A stretch of 64,000 nt of DNA, from positions 285-64,284 of the forward strand of contig JAUSKM010000015.1 in assembly GCA_030646955.1 (NCBI GenBank), in the 5' to 3' direction. Positions 45,886 to 55,697 of this stretch are shown one piece after another; positions within the stretch are counted from its first letter, which is position 1, and each line of letters starts with the position of its first letter. The translations under genes were made by a program, and so were the position numbers. This DNA comes from a bacterium. GTDB lineage: Bacteria; Patescibacteriota; Patescibacteriia; JACPHY01. The notes under the pieces were generated by a model that worked only from the letters and a program-made list of their open reading frames with translations, was not told the DNA's origin and did not search any database.

Positions 45886-47022
45886 CTAGCGCCGATGCCG
45901 TGCCGCCGTGCCGCGCGTCCGGCTAAGGTTGAGCACGATACCAGCCGCACCCAGCGAGACCGCCAACGCGGTGCCGCCAGAGGAGACGAACGGCAGCGGC
46001 AAGCCCGTGAGCGGGAGCATGCCGACCATCGCGCCAATGTTCACGACGGACTGCACGCCCCACCACGCAGCGATGCCGACAAGCACGAGGCGGTCAAACT
46101 CATCTGTCGCATCCATGGCATTGCGCAGCACGCGCGCAATGACGTACGCAATCAGCGCGAGAAACGCGAGCGAGAAGATGAAACCGATTTCCTCGGCGAC
46201 AATCGCGAAGATGGAGTCCGAGATGACCTCCGGGAGGAACGCAAACTTCTGCCGCGAGTGCCCCAGGCCAACGCCAAACCATCCGCCCGATCCTACAGCG
46301 AGGAGCGCCTGGTTTACCTGATACCCGATGCCCTGGGGATCTAGCTCCGGGTGCAGGAACGCGGTGAGCCGCGCGACGCGGTACGGCGCGGCCGCGATGA
46401 GCGCAGTGAGCGCCGCGATGCCGCCCAACGCGAGGAGGCCGAGGTGGCGCAACTGCATCCCCCCCACGAACGCCATCGCCACGCCAATCGCCGCGATAAT
46501 CAGCATCGTACCGAGGTCTGGTTGGAGCCCGATGATGCCCAGTACGCCACCAAGAACGCCGAGGAACGGCAGGAATCCCCTCGCCCACGCCTTCGGATGG
46601 AACCACAACGGACGCCGCACCGTTGCCCACGACGCGAGCGCGAGGATGAGTCCAACTTTTGCAAGCTCTGCGGGCTGGAACGTCACGAAACCGATATCGA
46701 GCCAGCTCTGCGCCCCACCGCGCGTCACGCCGAGGCCCGGAATGAGCACCGCAATGAGGAGCACCACACTCCCTGCGAGCGCCCAGAGCCCGCACCGCTC
46801 CAGAACAGGCCGCCGCAGCCGCGCGGCGAGCACGAGGAGGACCGCGCCCGGGAGCACGCCGGACCAGAGCTGATGGACCAAGTAGTACGACCGCGAGCCG
46901 TACCGTTCGTACGCGAGCGGCGCAGAGACGGACGAGAGAAAAATGAGCCCCAGTGCCACGAGCAGCGCGACCGCAGCAAAGAACCGCGTGTCCGTCTCCT
47001 GGAGGAATCGCGGCATGCGCAT
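45886..47022 (-). CDS. ftsW: Peptidoglycan glycosyltransferase FtsW (SEDS family)
   Basis: 378-aa polytopic membrane protein with SEDS motifs (...GDTGAM... family). Position in the cluster next to mraY and murG. Confidence 0.85.
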   Translation of the reverse strand: MRMPRFLQETDTRFFAAVALLVALGLIFLSSVSAPLAYERYGSRSYYLVHQLWSGVLPGAVLLVLAARLRRPVLERCGLWALAGSVVLLIAVLIPGLGVTRGGAQSWLDIGFVTFQPAELAKVGLILALASWATVRRPLWFHPKAWARGFLPFLGVLGGVLGIIGLQPDLGTMLIIAAIGVAMAFVGGMQLRHLGLLALGGIAALTALIAAAPYRVARLTAFLHPELDPQGIGYQVNQALLAVGSGGWFGVGLGHSRQKFAFLPEVISDSIFAIVAEEIGFIFSLAFLALIAYVIARVLRNAMDATDEFDRLVLVGIAAWWGVQSVVNIGAMVGMLPLTGLPLPFVSSGGTALAVSLGAAGIVLNLSRTRGTAARHRR

Positions 47023-47024
47023 AG

Positions 47025-48074
47025 CTACAACCCGTGATCAAGGAGGTAGAGGATAAGCCCGAGGACGGCAGTGACGCCGGCGATGACCCAGAAGCGCATG
47101 ACGATCTTCGCCTCTGGCCACCCGATGGCCTCCAGATGGTGATGGAACGGCGTCGAGCGGAAGAGCTTTCTCCCTACGAAGCGCTTCGCGGTCATCTGCA
47201 CAACGACGGACGCGGACTCTGCCACGAACGGGAGGCCGATGACGAGGAGCAGAAACGGCTCGTTCGTGAGCAGCGCGATGATGCCGAGTGTTGTCCCCAG
47301 CGCCATGGCACCGGTATCGCCCATGAAGAACCGCGCGGGCGGAATGTTGAACCAAAGAAACGCGAGGAGCGCGCCGACGATCACACCCACGAACGCCGCG
47401 AGATCGTATCGCTCCAGAAGAAACGCAATCGCGCCGTATGCGCCAAACGCGGTGAGGAGCGTCCCGCCAGCCAGACCATCCAAACCATCCGTAATGTTCA
47501 CGGAGTGCATGGTCGCAATGAGCACGAGCGCCGCGAAGAGAAAGTAGAGTATGGGCCCAAGATCAGCAATGCCGATGAACGGCACAGAGAGCGTGGTCCA
47601 CTCCAGCTTCACAACGAACCACCACGCGATTCCAGCGGCGACGAGCGCGTACAGAAAGAGCCGGTGGCGCATGGTGAGGCCGCCGCCCTTGGGGCCAACG
47701 CCAAGGACATTGAGCAGGTCGTCGCCAAACCCGATGAGTGCCGCAGCAACGAGCGCGCCCAGCGGGAGGAGCGTCTCCGCACGGGAAAGGAAATTCAACT
47801 GTGCGAGGAACGGAACATCAAACGCGTACGCGGCACCAAACAACACCGCGAGCGCGAGCGTGGTCCCCCACACGAGCACCCCGCCCATGGTGGGCGTCCC
47901 CTGTTTGTGCGCGTGCATCCTCGCGTACACCGGCGCCTCGGACGCAAGGCGGATGTTCTTACCCAACTTATACTTATACAACATCCGCGTGAGCGCCGGC
48001 GTCCAGAGCATCGTCACGACGAACGCGAGTGTGGTGAGGACAAATATTTTGACAATGGGATCCATGAGGTTCAA
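47025..48074 (-). CDS. mraY: Phospho-N-acetylmuramoyl-pentapeptide transferase
   Basis: 349 aa with a DDxxN/DG motif region (INITDGLDGLAGG) and the ten-TM topology typical of MraY. Confidence 0.9.
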   Translation of the reverse strand: MNLMDPIVKIFVLTTLAFVVTMLWTPALTRMLYKYKLGKNIRLASEAPVYARMHAHKQGTPTMGGVLVWGTTLALAVLFGAAYAFDVPFLAQLNFLSRAETLLPLGALVAAALIGFGDDLLNVLGVGPKGGGLTMRHRLFLYALVAAGIAWWFVVKLEWTTLSVPFIGIADLGPILYFLFAALVLIATMHSVNITDGLDGLAGGTLLTAFGAYGAIAFLLERYDLAAFVGVIVGALLAFLWFNIPPARFFMGDTGAMALGTTLGIIALLTNEPFLLLVIGLPFVAESASVVVQMTAKRFVGRKLFRSTPFHHHLEAIGWPEAKIVMRFWVIAGVTAVLGLILYLLDHGL

Positions 48075-48087
48075 TAGATGTTTCCGT

Positions 48088-48139
48088 CACCTTCGAGCGA
48101 TACTTCACTTCCGTCATTTCGAGCGCAGCGAGAAATCTC
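48088..48139. repeat. MITE-like element module
   Basis: gtcaccttcgagcgatacttcacttccgtcatttcgagcgcagcgagaaatctcacacg. Confidence 0.6.
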
Positions 48140-48183
48140 ACACGCAATACTCTATCGAACACGATACGGTTGACATGTACTGC

Positions 48184-48729
48184 TTACGAATGTTTCTCAA
48201 CCCCCACATCATGTGAGATTCCTCGGCCGACCTCGGAATGACGAGCAGAAGCATACCCCACCCCATTCATATTCCAGAGCAGCACGGTACCCACAAGCGC
48301 GGCGAATGCGAGGAGTACTGCGGCAGCGAGGAGGAACACAGATGCCGTGGCGGGCGCAGGCGCGTTGCGGGGCGTGAGACCAAATGCGAGCGCAATGTTG
48401 AATGCGATGAACGCCGAGCCCGTGCGAGCGATGCGCGCGAGATCATGCCATGAACCAAAGGCATCGATCCCAAACGTGGTAGTGTAATGCGTCACGAGCG
48501 ATGCCGCGTCCGGCACATTTGGCACCGCGAGCGCCGCAATCCATGCACCCGCGAGCAGTGCACCGGCCGCGACGGCCATCCAGCGCGTTTGCGAATTCGC
48601 GAGCAGTGGATGCGAAAACGCGCACACGCGCCGCACGCATGCACGCTGCACCCGCCCAACTGCCGTCCATAGCTCCCCCTCGCTCCGGGATGGAGCATCC
48701 GGGGAGATGCGGTCATCCATATGCCTCAT
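48184..48729 (-). CDS. Hypothetical membrane protein
   Basis: [11 protein letters not shown]...[19 protein letters not shown]... with about four hydrophobic helices. Start placed so as not to overlap rpmA. The C-terminal tail is supplied by the repeat element. Confidence 0.4.
   Translation of the reverse strand: MRHMDDRISPDAPSRSEGELWTAVGRVQRACVRRVCAFSHPLLANSQTRWMAVAAGALLAGAWIAALAVPNVPDAASLVTHYTTTFGIDAFGSWHDLARIARTGSAFIAFNIALAFGLTPRNAPAPATASVFLLAAAVLLAFAALVGTVLLWNMNGVGYASARHSEVGRGISHDVGVEKHS
48211..48243. repeat. MITE-like element module forming the 3' end (last codons + stop) of the membrane-protein gene 48184..48729
   Basis: gtgagattcctcggccgacctcggaatgacgag. It is translated as ...[11 protein letters not shown]. 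Confidence 0.6.
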
Positions 48730-48900
48730 CCTATGCCCATCCGCTCTCTCCAGCGTAGCATTGTCCCACCGTTCTTGACATCTCCGGAGCCGTGTGATGG
48801 AATATATCCAGGAGATGCATACGATAGCATCGCTTTTTTGTTGCAGCCGCCCGCCCCGCGAAACATTCGCGAAGCATGGCCGGCTTGCAGCTCGTTTTTT

Positions 48901-49185
48901 ATGGCACATAAAAAGGCAGGTGGCTCAACACGGTTGGGCCGCGATTCCCAGGGGCAGCGGCTTGGCGTGAAGCGCTCTGACGGGCAAGTTGTCCGTTCGG
49001 GCAACATCATCGTCCGGCAGCGCGGAACATCGTTCCGCCCGGGCACCAACGTCCAGCGCGGCAAGGATGACACACTCTTCGCGGTCGCCGATGGCGTCGT
49101 GAAGTTCGTCAAACGCACCCGCTTGACGTTCGCCGGAAAGAAGGTGGTGCGGAATGTCGTCTCGGTGGAGCAGCCGCGCGGCTAA
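48901..49185 (+). CDS. rpmA: 50S ribosomal protein L27
   Basis: [69 protein letters not shown] is colinear with bacterial L27. Confidence 0.9.
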   Translation: MAHKKAGGSTRLGRDSQGQRLGVKRSDGQVVRSGNIIVRQRGTSFRPGTNVQRGKDDTLFAVADGVVKFVKRTRLTFAGKKVVRNVVSVEQPRG

Positions 49186-49208
49186 CGCACGGATCCGCAA
49201 ACAAGAAG

Positions 49209-49245
49209 CAGCGCCCGCTCGAAAGAGCGGGCGCTTGCGTGTTGC
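49209..49245. terminator. Rho-independent terminator after rpmA (also downstream of minus-strand small gene)
   Basis: gcagcgcccgctc-gaaa-gagcgggcgcttgcgtgttg. Confidence 0.65.
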
Positions 49246-49255
49246 AGCCAAACGA

Positions 49256-49525
49256 TCACGAACCGTCGAGGTCCTCCGTTGCCTGCGGTGCTCGGTGGTG
49301 CTCGTCTTTTACTATTTGGATGAATGTGTCCAAGATCGTCGCGCTGGCGGTGATGCAGCACACACCTCCAACAAGGAACCAGGCAGAGAGGAGTACCCTC
49401 GGTGTTGGGAAAAGCATGTGAATGACATACGCGACAGCGCAATACACCACCCACAAAAGTACGAACGACAAAAGCATCAGTGCAGCTGCGCTGCTCGGGC
49501 GCTGCTCGGGCGAATGTTCCATCAC
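49256..49525 (-). CDS. Small hypothetical membrane protein (2 TM helices)
   Basis: MMEHSPEQRPSSAAALMLLSFVLLWVVYCAVAYVIHMLF...WFLVGGVCCITASATILDTFI. Confidence 0.35.
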   Translation of the reverse strand: MMEHSPEQRPSSAAALMLLSFVLLWVVYCAVAYVIHMLFPTPRVLLSAWFLVGGVCCITASATILDTFIQIVKDEHHRAPQATEDLDGS

Positions 49526-49564
49526 GCACCTCCTGCGAATACCCTACACGAGCCCATACCGCTG

Positions 49565-51232
49565 TCAAGCACCACGCTTCTCGGCGGCCTTGATGAGACC
49601 CAGGAAGAGCGGCTGGGGGTCGAGGGGGCGGCTCTTGAATTCGGGGTGGAATTGAGCGGCAACGAAGTACGGGTGCGTCTGTTTGGGCAGCTCTATTATT
49701 TCCGCGAGATCGCGCTCGGGGTTGACGCCGGAGAAGACCATGCCCGCGGCCTCGCACCGCTCACGGTACGCGTTATTAAATTCGTAGCGGTGCCGATGAC
49801 GCTCCGAGATGCGTAGGTCGCCATTGGCGTACCGCTTGCTCACCCATGACGTATCCGCATAGGCGCGCGCTGCGTGTGTTCCCGCGCGCACGCGACAATC
49901 ATACGCGCCCAGGCGCATGGTGCCGCCGTACGCATCCTTCGCCAGCCGCGCCTTCTGCTCTTCCATGACATCAATGATGGGGTCTGCCGTGTCCGGCACA
50001 ATCTCGGTGGTATGCGCGCCGGGCAGTCCCAATACGTTGCGCGCGAACTCGACGCACGCGAGTTGCATGCCGTAGCAGATACCAAGGAACGGAATGCCGT
50101 GCTCGCGGAGGTACTGGATTGTGCGAATCTTCCCCTCAACGCCGCGCGACCCAAATCCCCCAGGAATGACAACACCATCACATTGTCCGAGTTGCTTCAG
50201 CTTCTTGTTGTCCTGCTCGTACTCCTCCGTATTCACCCACTCCAGCACCGGCGTGCGCTTCCGCGCCCACGCAGCATGCTTCACCGCCTCAATGACGGAG
50301 AGGTACACGTCCGAGAGCACAAAATCGCCTGTTGAAAAATACTTCCCCACGATCGCAATGCGAACCGGTGCATACTGCCGCTCCGAGGTGCGCACCATCG
50401 CGCGCCACTGCCGCAAATCTTTCCCGCGCGGCGCAAGACCCAACTTTTCCAATACGCGCTCCGCAACGTGCTCGCGCTCAAAATTGACCGGCACATGATA
50501 GATGGATGCCACATCCGGCGCCGCAATCACATCGTCCGCCTGGACGTTACAGAACACCGCCAGCTTCTTGCGTCGCACAGCGTCCAACGCTTGCGATCCG
50601 CGCGCAACGATGAAATCCGGCTGAATGCCCGCAGCTTGCAGCTGTCTGGTCGCATGTTGCGTGGGCTTCGTTTTCATCTCGCCGATATGACCCGGGATTG
50701 GAAGGTACGACACGAGCAGCGTAATGACATCGTCCGGCCGCTGCTGTTTGAGCAATCGCGCGGCTTCCAAGAAGAGCACGTTCTGGTACTCACCGACGGT
50801 TCCACCGATCTCAATGAGCACGATCTCCGCACGCCGCGCCTCTACGCACGCATGAATGCGATGGAGTACCTCCTCGGGAAGATGCGGCACCACCTCCACG
50901 CACTTGCCCTTGTACCCCAAATTCCGCTCGCGCTCAATGACCGAGAGGTACACCCGCCCGGTGGTCATGTAATTGATTTTCCCCAGATCCTGACCCAGGA
51001 ACCGTTCGTAGCTTCCGATGTCCAGGTCCGTCTCGTCACCATCATCCGTCACAAATACTTCGCCATGCTCCGTGGGGTTCATGGTGCCCGCGTCTACGTT
51101 CACATAGGGATCAATCTTCATCGCGGTGACGCGAAATCCCTTCGCCTGCAGCAGTACACCCAGCGATGCCGTAACCGTCCCCTTCCCAACGCCAGACAAC
51201 ACCCCGCCGGCAACGAAAATATATTTGGGCAT
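49565..51232 (-). CDS. pyrG: CTP synthase
   Basis: MPKYIFVAGGVLSGVGKGT...glutamine amidotransferase C-terminal GICYGMQ. Start preceded by AGGAG at a 9-nt spacing. Confidence 0.92.
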   Translation of the reverse strand: MPKYIFVAGGVLSGVGKGTVTASLGVLLQAKGFRVTAMKIDPYVNVDAGTMNPTEHGEVFVTDDGDETDLDIGSYERFLGQDLGKINYMTTGRVYLSVIERERNLGYKGKCVEVVPHLPEEVLHRIHACVEARRAEIVLIEIGGTVGEYQNVLFLEAARLLKQQRPDDVITLLVSYLPIPGHIGEMKTKPTQHATRQLQAAGIQPDFIVARGSQALDAVRRKKLAVFCNVQADDVIAAPDVASIYHVPVNFEREHVAERVLEKLGLAPRGKDLRQWRAMVRTSERQYAPVRIAIVGKYFSTGDFVLSDVYLSVIEAVKHAAWARKRTPVLEWVNTEEYEQDNKKLKQLGQCDGVVIPGGFGSRGVEGKIRTIQYLREHGIPFLGICYGMQLACVEFARNVLGLPGAHTTEIVPDTADPIIDVMEEQKARLAKDAYGGTMRLGAYDCRVRAGTHAARAYADTSWVSKRYANGDLRISERHRHRYEFNNAYRERCEAAGMVFSGVNPERDLAEIIELPKQTHPYFVAAQFHPEFKSRPLDPQPLFLGLIKAAEKRGA

Positions 51233-51270
51233 ACCGTACGCTCCTAGCTGCTGGCTCAGAAAACGATTCA

Positions 51271-51717
51271 TCACGAAACTTCTTCCACGATAACGCGTCC
51301 TTCCGCCTCAATGCCGTGCGGCATGCTAAAACGGATATCGTACTCTCCTGGTTCTTCGATTGGCGCATCGAGACGCACCCACGCAGCATCGATGTGCGTG
51401 CCATCAGCAGCGAGCTGCGCGGCGATGCGTGCGGCATCGATAACGCTGGAGAGCGTCCCGTTTGCGTTCACCTTCACCGATACGATGAGTTCGCACCCAT
51501 CAAGCACTTCGGCAATCCGCTGGAGCTCGGTAAGCTCATGCTCGGCTGCCTGCCGCTGCTCCTCTGCGCGCGCCGCGACCTCCGCGAGCGCGGTCTCCGT
51601 TGCCGGAACCGCGAGGTGCTGCGGGAAGAGGATGGTACGCGCGTGCCCATCGGACACTTCGACGATATCGCCCTCGTCGCCAACGTTAGCAACGTCGGCA
51701 AGAAGCATGACTTTCAT
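51271..51717 (-). CDS. rplI: 50S ribosomal protein L9
   Basis: MKVMLLADVANVGDEGDIVEVSDGHARTILFPQHLAVPATETALAEV..., two-domain L9. Confidence 0.85.
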   Translation of the reverse strand: MKVMLLADVANVGDEGDIVEVSDGHARTILFPQHLAVPATETALAEVAARAEEQRQAAEHELTELQRIAEVLDGCELIVSVKVNANGTLSSVIDAARIAAQLAADGTHIDAAWVRLDAPIEEPGEYDIRFSMPHGIEAEGRVIVEEVS

Positions 51718-51724
51718 ATATTCC

Positions 51725-52972
51725 TTATGGTGCGCGCTCCACCATCGTCGCCAGCTCTGCCATCGCGCGCGCATGCTGCGGATCGCGCTCGGCCTTGCTG
51801 TCATCTTCGGTGAGCGCAACTGCCATATCGGGCGTGATGCCATTCCCCTCAATAGATCGGCCTGCGGGCGTGAGCCATTCGGCAATCGTCAATTTGAGCG
51901 CGGATCCATCGCGCAGATTCGCGAGGTGTTGCACGGTCCCTTTCCCAAATGTCTGCGCTCCGATGACGCGCGCACGCCCGGTGTCTTGCAACGCGCCCGC
52001 GACGATCTCTGATGCAGATGCACTCCCCTCGTTGACGAGCACCACCGTCGGAAGGTGCTGGAGCCGCGCGAGCCCACTGGACCGATGCTCCTGCACGCGG
52101 CCATCATTCGTACGCTCCTGGACGATAACATCGCGCTCGATCCACTCCCCCGCAATCGCGATGGCTGCTTCCAAGAAGCCCCCGGGGTTATTCCGCAAAT
52201 CGAGCACGACCGCACGATCGCCCCGCGCGAGAAGCGTACGCACCGCAGCATCAAATCGTTCCACCGTGTCGCCGTTGAAATGTGAGATGTGCACCACCGC
52301 AACCGCCTTGCCGGTACTGGTCCGCTGCTGCTCCACGGTCACACTCTCGATTGCAATGACATCGCGCACGATGGAGACCTCACGCGGCGTCGCTTCTTTC
52401 CCGGACTGCACGAGGAGCTTTACCGCGGTACCGCGCTCACCACGAATACGCGCAACCGCTTCCTCCAACGAGAGATCCAGCGTCGGTTCTTCATCCACCG
52501 CGAGGATGCTATCCCCAGACCGCAGCCCCGCGCGCGCGGCGGGCGTACCGGGGAGCGGCGCGATGACCGTAAGCACGTCGCCACGAATGCCGATCTCCGC
52601 CCCGATACCCTGAAGCGATCCGGAGAGATCCTCACGAAACAACTCCGCGCGCTCCGGATCGAAGAACGCGGAATAGGGATCTTCGAGCGCATCCACCATG
52701 CCCGCAATGGATCCGTAGAAGCGGTCGCGCGTATCCACGGGCTGCCGGAGGAAATCGCGCTCGAGGAGCGACCACACCTCCCAGTACAAACCAAAATCAA
52801 GGTCACGAGCTGCCTCGGGCGCCCCCACATCGCGGTTGACAACACGCGCTGGCGCTCCTCCACCGGCAGATGGATCCGCGTATCGGCCAGCGAAATACCC
52901 AACCCAATAGCTCGCCGCGAGCACGGCAATGCCGACGAGCATCTGGAGGTGTCTGCGGGTAATCGTCACCAT
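51725..52972 (-). CDS. Carboxyl-terminal processing protease (S41 family), PDZ-containing
   Basis: N-terminal TM segment. PDZ domain (GIGAEIGIRGDVLTVIAPLPGTPAARAGLRSGD). S41 catalytic region VVLVNEGSASASEIVAGALQDTGRARVIGAQTFGKGTVQ. Confidence 0.85.
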   Translation of the reverse strand: MVTITRRHLQMLVGIAVLAASYWVGYFAGRYADPSAGGGAPARVVNRDVGAPEAARDLDFGLYWEVWSLLERDFLRQPVDTRDRFYGSIAGMVDALEDPYSAFFDPERAELFREDLSGSLQGIGAEIGIRGDVLTVIAPLPGTPAARAGLRSGDSILAVDEEPTLDLSLEEAVARIRGERGTAVKLLVQSGKEATPREVSIVRDVIAIESVTVEQQRTSTGKAVAVVHISHFNGDTVERFDAAVRTLLARGDRAVVLDLRNNPGGFLEAAIAIAGEWIERDVIVQERTNDGRVQEHRSSGLARLQHLPTVVLVNEGSASASEIVAGALQDTGRARVIGAQTFGKGTVQHLANLRDGSALKLTIAEWLTPAGRSIEGNGITPDMAVALTEDDSKAERDPQHARAMAELATMVERAP

Positions 52973-53060
52973 AGTACTCCCCATGCGTACGTTACTCCTC
53001 CACGCTACCACATTCCGCAACGGTGTGAACGTCTGGGTATCTCCGACCCCACAACGCTGC

Positions 53061-54332
53061 TCATGTTTCCGTACGACGAATATCCACACCAATAGCACGC
53101 AGTCGTTGCTCAATCTGCTCAAAGCCGCGATCGATCTGGGAGACGTTGTGGATGGTGCTCACGCCCTGGGCCGCGGCAGCTGCAATGACCAGCGCAATGC
53201 CGGCGCGGATATCCGGCGAACCCAGCGTTGCAGCGGCGAGTGGCCGCGGCCCCTCCACAACGCACCGATGCGGATCGCACAGGATGATGTTGGCCCCCAT
53301 CTTGTTCAGACGGTCAATGTAGAAGAGCCGCCCCTCATAGATGGTCTCGTGAACCAGCGCAACGCCGTGCGCCTGCGTCAGCGCCACCGTGAGCGGCGGC
53401 TGGAAGTCCGTCGCCATTCCTGGATACTCGTGCGTCCGCAACGGCATCGCGCGCAACGGGCCGTCTACGCGGATGTGCATGCTCCCGGTAGCCGCGTCCG
53501 CATCAATCGCCGCTCCCATGGAGCGCAGGAATGCAATGGGCACCTGGAGGTGCGCGGGATCGCAGCCGGTAATGGTCAACGATCCGCCACAGCTCGCGGT
53601 GAGGGCGGCGAATGTGACCGCCTCGACGCGATCCGGAATGCAGGCCACCTCGCCCCCCGAGAGCCGATCCACACCCACGACGCGCATCGTGGGTGTCCCC
53701 AGGCCAGTGATACGCGCACCACATGCATTGAGGAACTCACCCAACGCGACCACCTCGGGCTCCATCGCGACGTTCTCAAGGATCGTCGTACCGGGGACGC
53801 GCACAGCGAAGAGCATGAGCGCCTCGGTGCCGGTGACGCTCACGAAAGGAAAGACGAAGTGCGCGGGCGCGAGGGCGCGGGCAGTGAATCGAACTGCGTC
53901 CGCCTCCTCCTCCACCTGGACGCCGAACGCGCGGAATCCCTGTATGAAAAAATCGATTGGCCGACGCCCAATAGCGTCGCCGCCGGGAAGCGGCAGCGTG
54001 AGCGTGCCGAAACGATGGAGGAGCGGACCGATCATCACGAGGCCGGCACGAAGCTTCCCCATGCGTTCTGCGGGAAGCTCCGCATTCCGCAGCGTTGCTG
54101 CGTCAATGGTATACTCGTGAGGACCAGCCGTCACCGTTGCGCCAAGCGCACGAACGATCTCCGCCATATGGCGGACGTCCTCAATATCCGGCACGCGACG
54201 GATCGTGACGGGGCCATCCGAAAGCAGCGCTGCTGCAAAAAGCTTCAGCGCCTCATTTTTTGCCCCACCCACTGCCACCGTGCCGTGGATCGCAGATGGG
54301 CCGGTCACGATGAACGATGCATCAGCTCCCAT
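53061..54332 (-). CDS. murA: UDP-N-acetylglucosamine 1-carboxyvinyltransferase
   Basis: MGADASFIVTGPSAIHGTVAVGGAKNEALKL... 423-aa EPT fold. Confidence 0.9.
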   Translation of the reverse strand: MGADASFIVTGPSAIHGTVAVGGAKNEALKLFAAALLSDGPVTIRRVPDIEDVRHMAEIVRALGATVTAGPHEYTIDAATLRNAELPAERMGKLRAGLVMIGPLLHRFGTLTLPLPGGDAIGRRPIDFFIQGFRAFGVQVEEEADAVRFTARALAPAHFVFPFVSVTGTEALMLFAVRVPGTTILENVAMEPEVVALGEFLNACGARITGLGTPTMRVVGVDRLSGGEVACIPDRVEAVTFAALTASCGGSLTITGCDPAHLQVPIAFLRSMGAAIDADAATGSMHIRVDGPLRAMPLRTHEYPGMATDFQPPLTVALTQAHGVALVHETIYEGRLFYIDRLNKMGANIILCDPHRCVVEGPRPLAAATLGSPDIRAGIALVIAAAAAQGVSTIHNVSQIDRGFEQIEQRLRAIGVDIRRTET

Positions 54333-54341
54333 ATCGATTCT

Positions 54342-55679
54342 ATGCCGCTCGCATTACGACGATTACTCTACAGCGCGTTCATCGCAGTATTCCTCGCGGT
54401 GGCGCCACTCTTGGTAGTATACAGCATGGGCTATCGCTACCATCCCGAGAAGCACCGATTTGAGCGGACGGGGCTTATCGTGCTCGATGGAACGCCGGAG
54501 CAGGCGACGGTGCTCGTGGACGGCACCGTGCGGGCGACGCGGCTCCCTGCTCGCATCGGAGGCCTGGGCGAAAACGTCTACACCTTGCGCGTCGAACAAT
54601 CAGGGTTCCACCCGTGGGAGCAGCGCGTGAGCGTGACGAGCGGCCACACGACGTTCGCAACCGCATTACGCCTCTTCCGCATCGCAGATCCCGTTCGCAT
54701 CGCCACAGGAACAACCGCACGACTTGCAACCAGCGCCGACGGTCACTGGGCGGCATGGGTACGCACGGAGCAAGGATTTGAGGAACTCTGGTTACACGAT
54801 CTCGTCCGCGATACGCGCACGCTCGTCTACCGCGCGCCGCCGCAGGGCATCACCATCACTTGGTCGCCGCAAGATGCCATGCTCCTCCTGCACACCGCGG
54901 CCGACACGCTTGTGGTGGACCCCGATGCGCCGCGCGTGCTCCTGTCACTCCGCACGCTCCTGTCACATGTGCCGAACGCCGTTCAGTGGGAACTCGAATC
55001 CAGCAGCGCCGTCATTGCCGTCGCGGAAGGCCGCCTCTCCCGCGTGCACCTGGCGACTGCGCGTGCCGTGACGCTGCCCGTGCCGGTTCCGGAAACGCCG
55101 TTTGCCGTTGCACGAGCCACACTGTACGTCGTCCGCCAACTCGCGAATCCGCACGACCGGGATTCGGAGATCGTCGCGGTCCCGCTTGACGGAAGTGCAC
55201 CGCACACGATCACGACGTTCCCGGGATCCATCGCACGCTTCGTGGGCATGCGCGATACCACGCTCATCGCGGAGCAGGACACGCCGCTCGGCGTTGCAAC
55301 CATGGATATCGACACGACCGACGGCACCATCGTCATACAAAACGGATACGCACGGGATGCGCGTGGAGATGCGGTGCTCTGGCGGACCAACGCGAACGAA
55401 CTCTGGATGGAGCGCGGGAAGCCACCAACCGCCACCCTCCTGGTCCGCCGCGACGCCCCGCTCGTGGACACACGCTGGCTCCCTGATGCCCCGTACGCGA
55501 TGCTCGCAACCGATCGGGACATCCACGCGGTCGCCCTTGACCACCCAACGCCAAATCGCACGACGCTCCTCGCCACATTTGACCACATCATCGGCGCAAC
55601 GGTCCTTGCCGATTCCAGTACCCTCCTCATTGCTGGCACCCACAATGACGAAGACGGCCTCTGGCGCCTCCCCCTCTAG
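54342..55679 (+). CDS. PEGA-domain membrane-anchored protein with C-terminal beta-propeller-like region
   Basis: MPLALRRLLYSAFIAVFLAVAPLLVVYSMG TM helix. PEGA: TVLVDGTVRATRLPARIGGLGENVYTLRVEQSGFHPWEQRVSV. Its start lies 9 bp from the divergent murA start. The upstream 470 codons of the track ORF are antisense to ctpA/murA. Confidence 0.55.
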   Translation: MPLALRRLLYSAFIAVFLAVAPLLVVYSMGYRYHPEKHRFERTGLIVLDGTPEQATVLVDGTVRATRLPARIGGLGENVYTLRVEQSGFHPWEQRVSVTSGHTTFATALRLFRIADPVRIATGTTARLATSADGHWAAWVRTEQGFEELWLHDLVRDTRTLVYRAPPQGITITWSPQDAMLLLHTAADTLVVDPDAPRVLLSLRTLLSHVPNAVQWELESSSAVIAVAEGRLSRVHLATARAVTLPVPVPETPFAVARATLYVVRQLANPHDRDSEIVAVPLDGSAPHTITTFPGSIARFVGMRDTTLIAEQDTPLGVATMDIDTTDGTIVIQNGYARDARGDAVLWRTNANELWMERGKPPTATLLVRRDAPLVDTRWLPDAPYAMLATDRDIHAVALDHPTPNRTTLLATFDHIIGATVLADSSTLLIAGTHNDEDGLWRLPL

Positions 55680-55697
55680 CGATACGCGCTGCGCACC

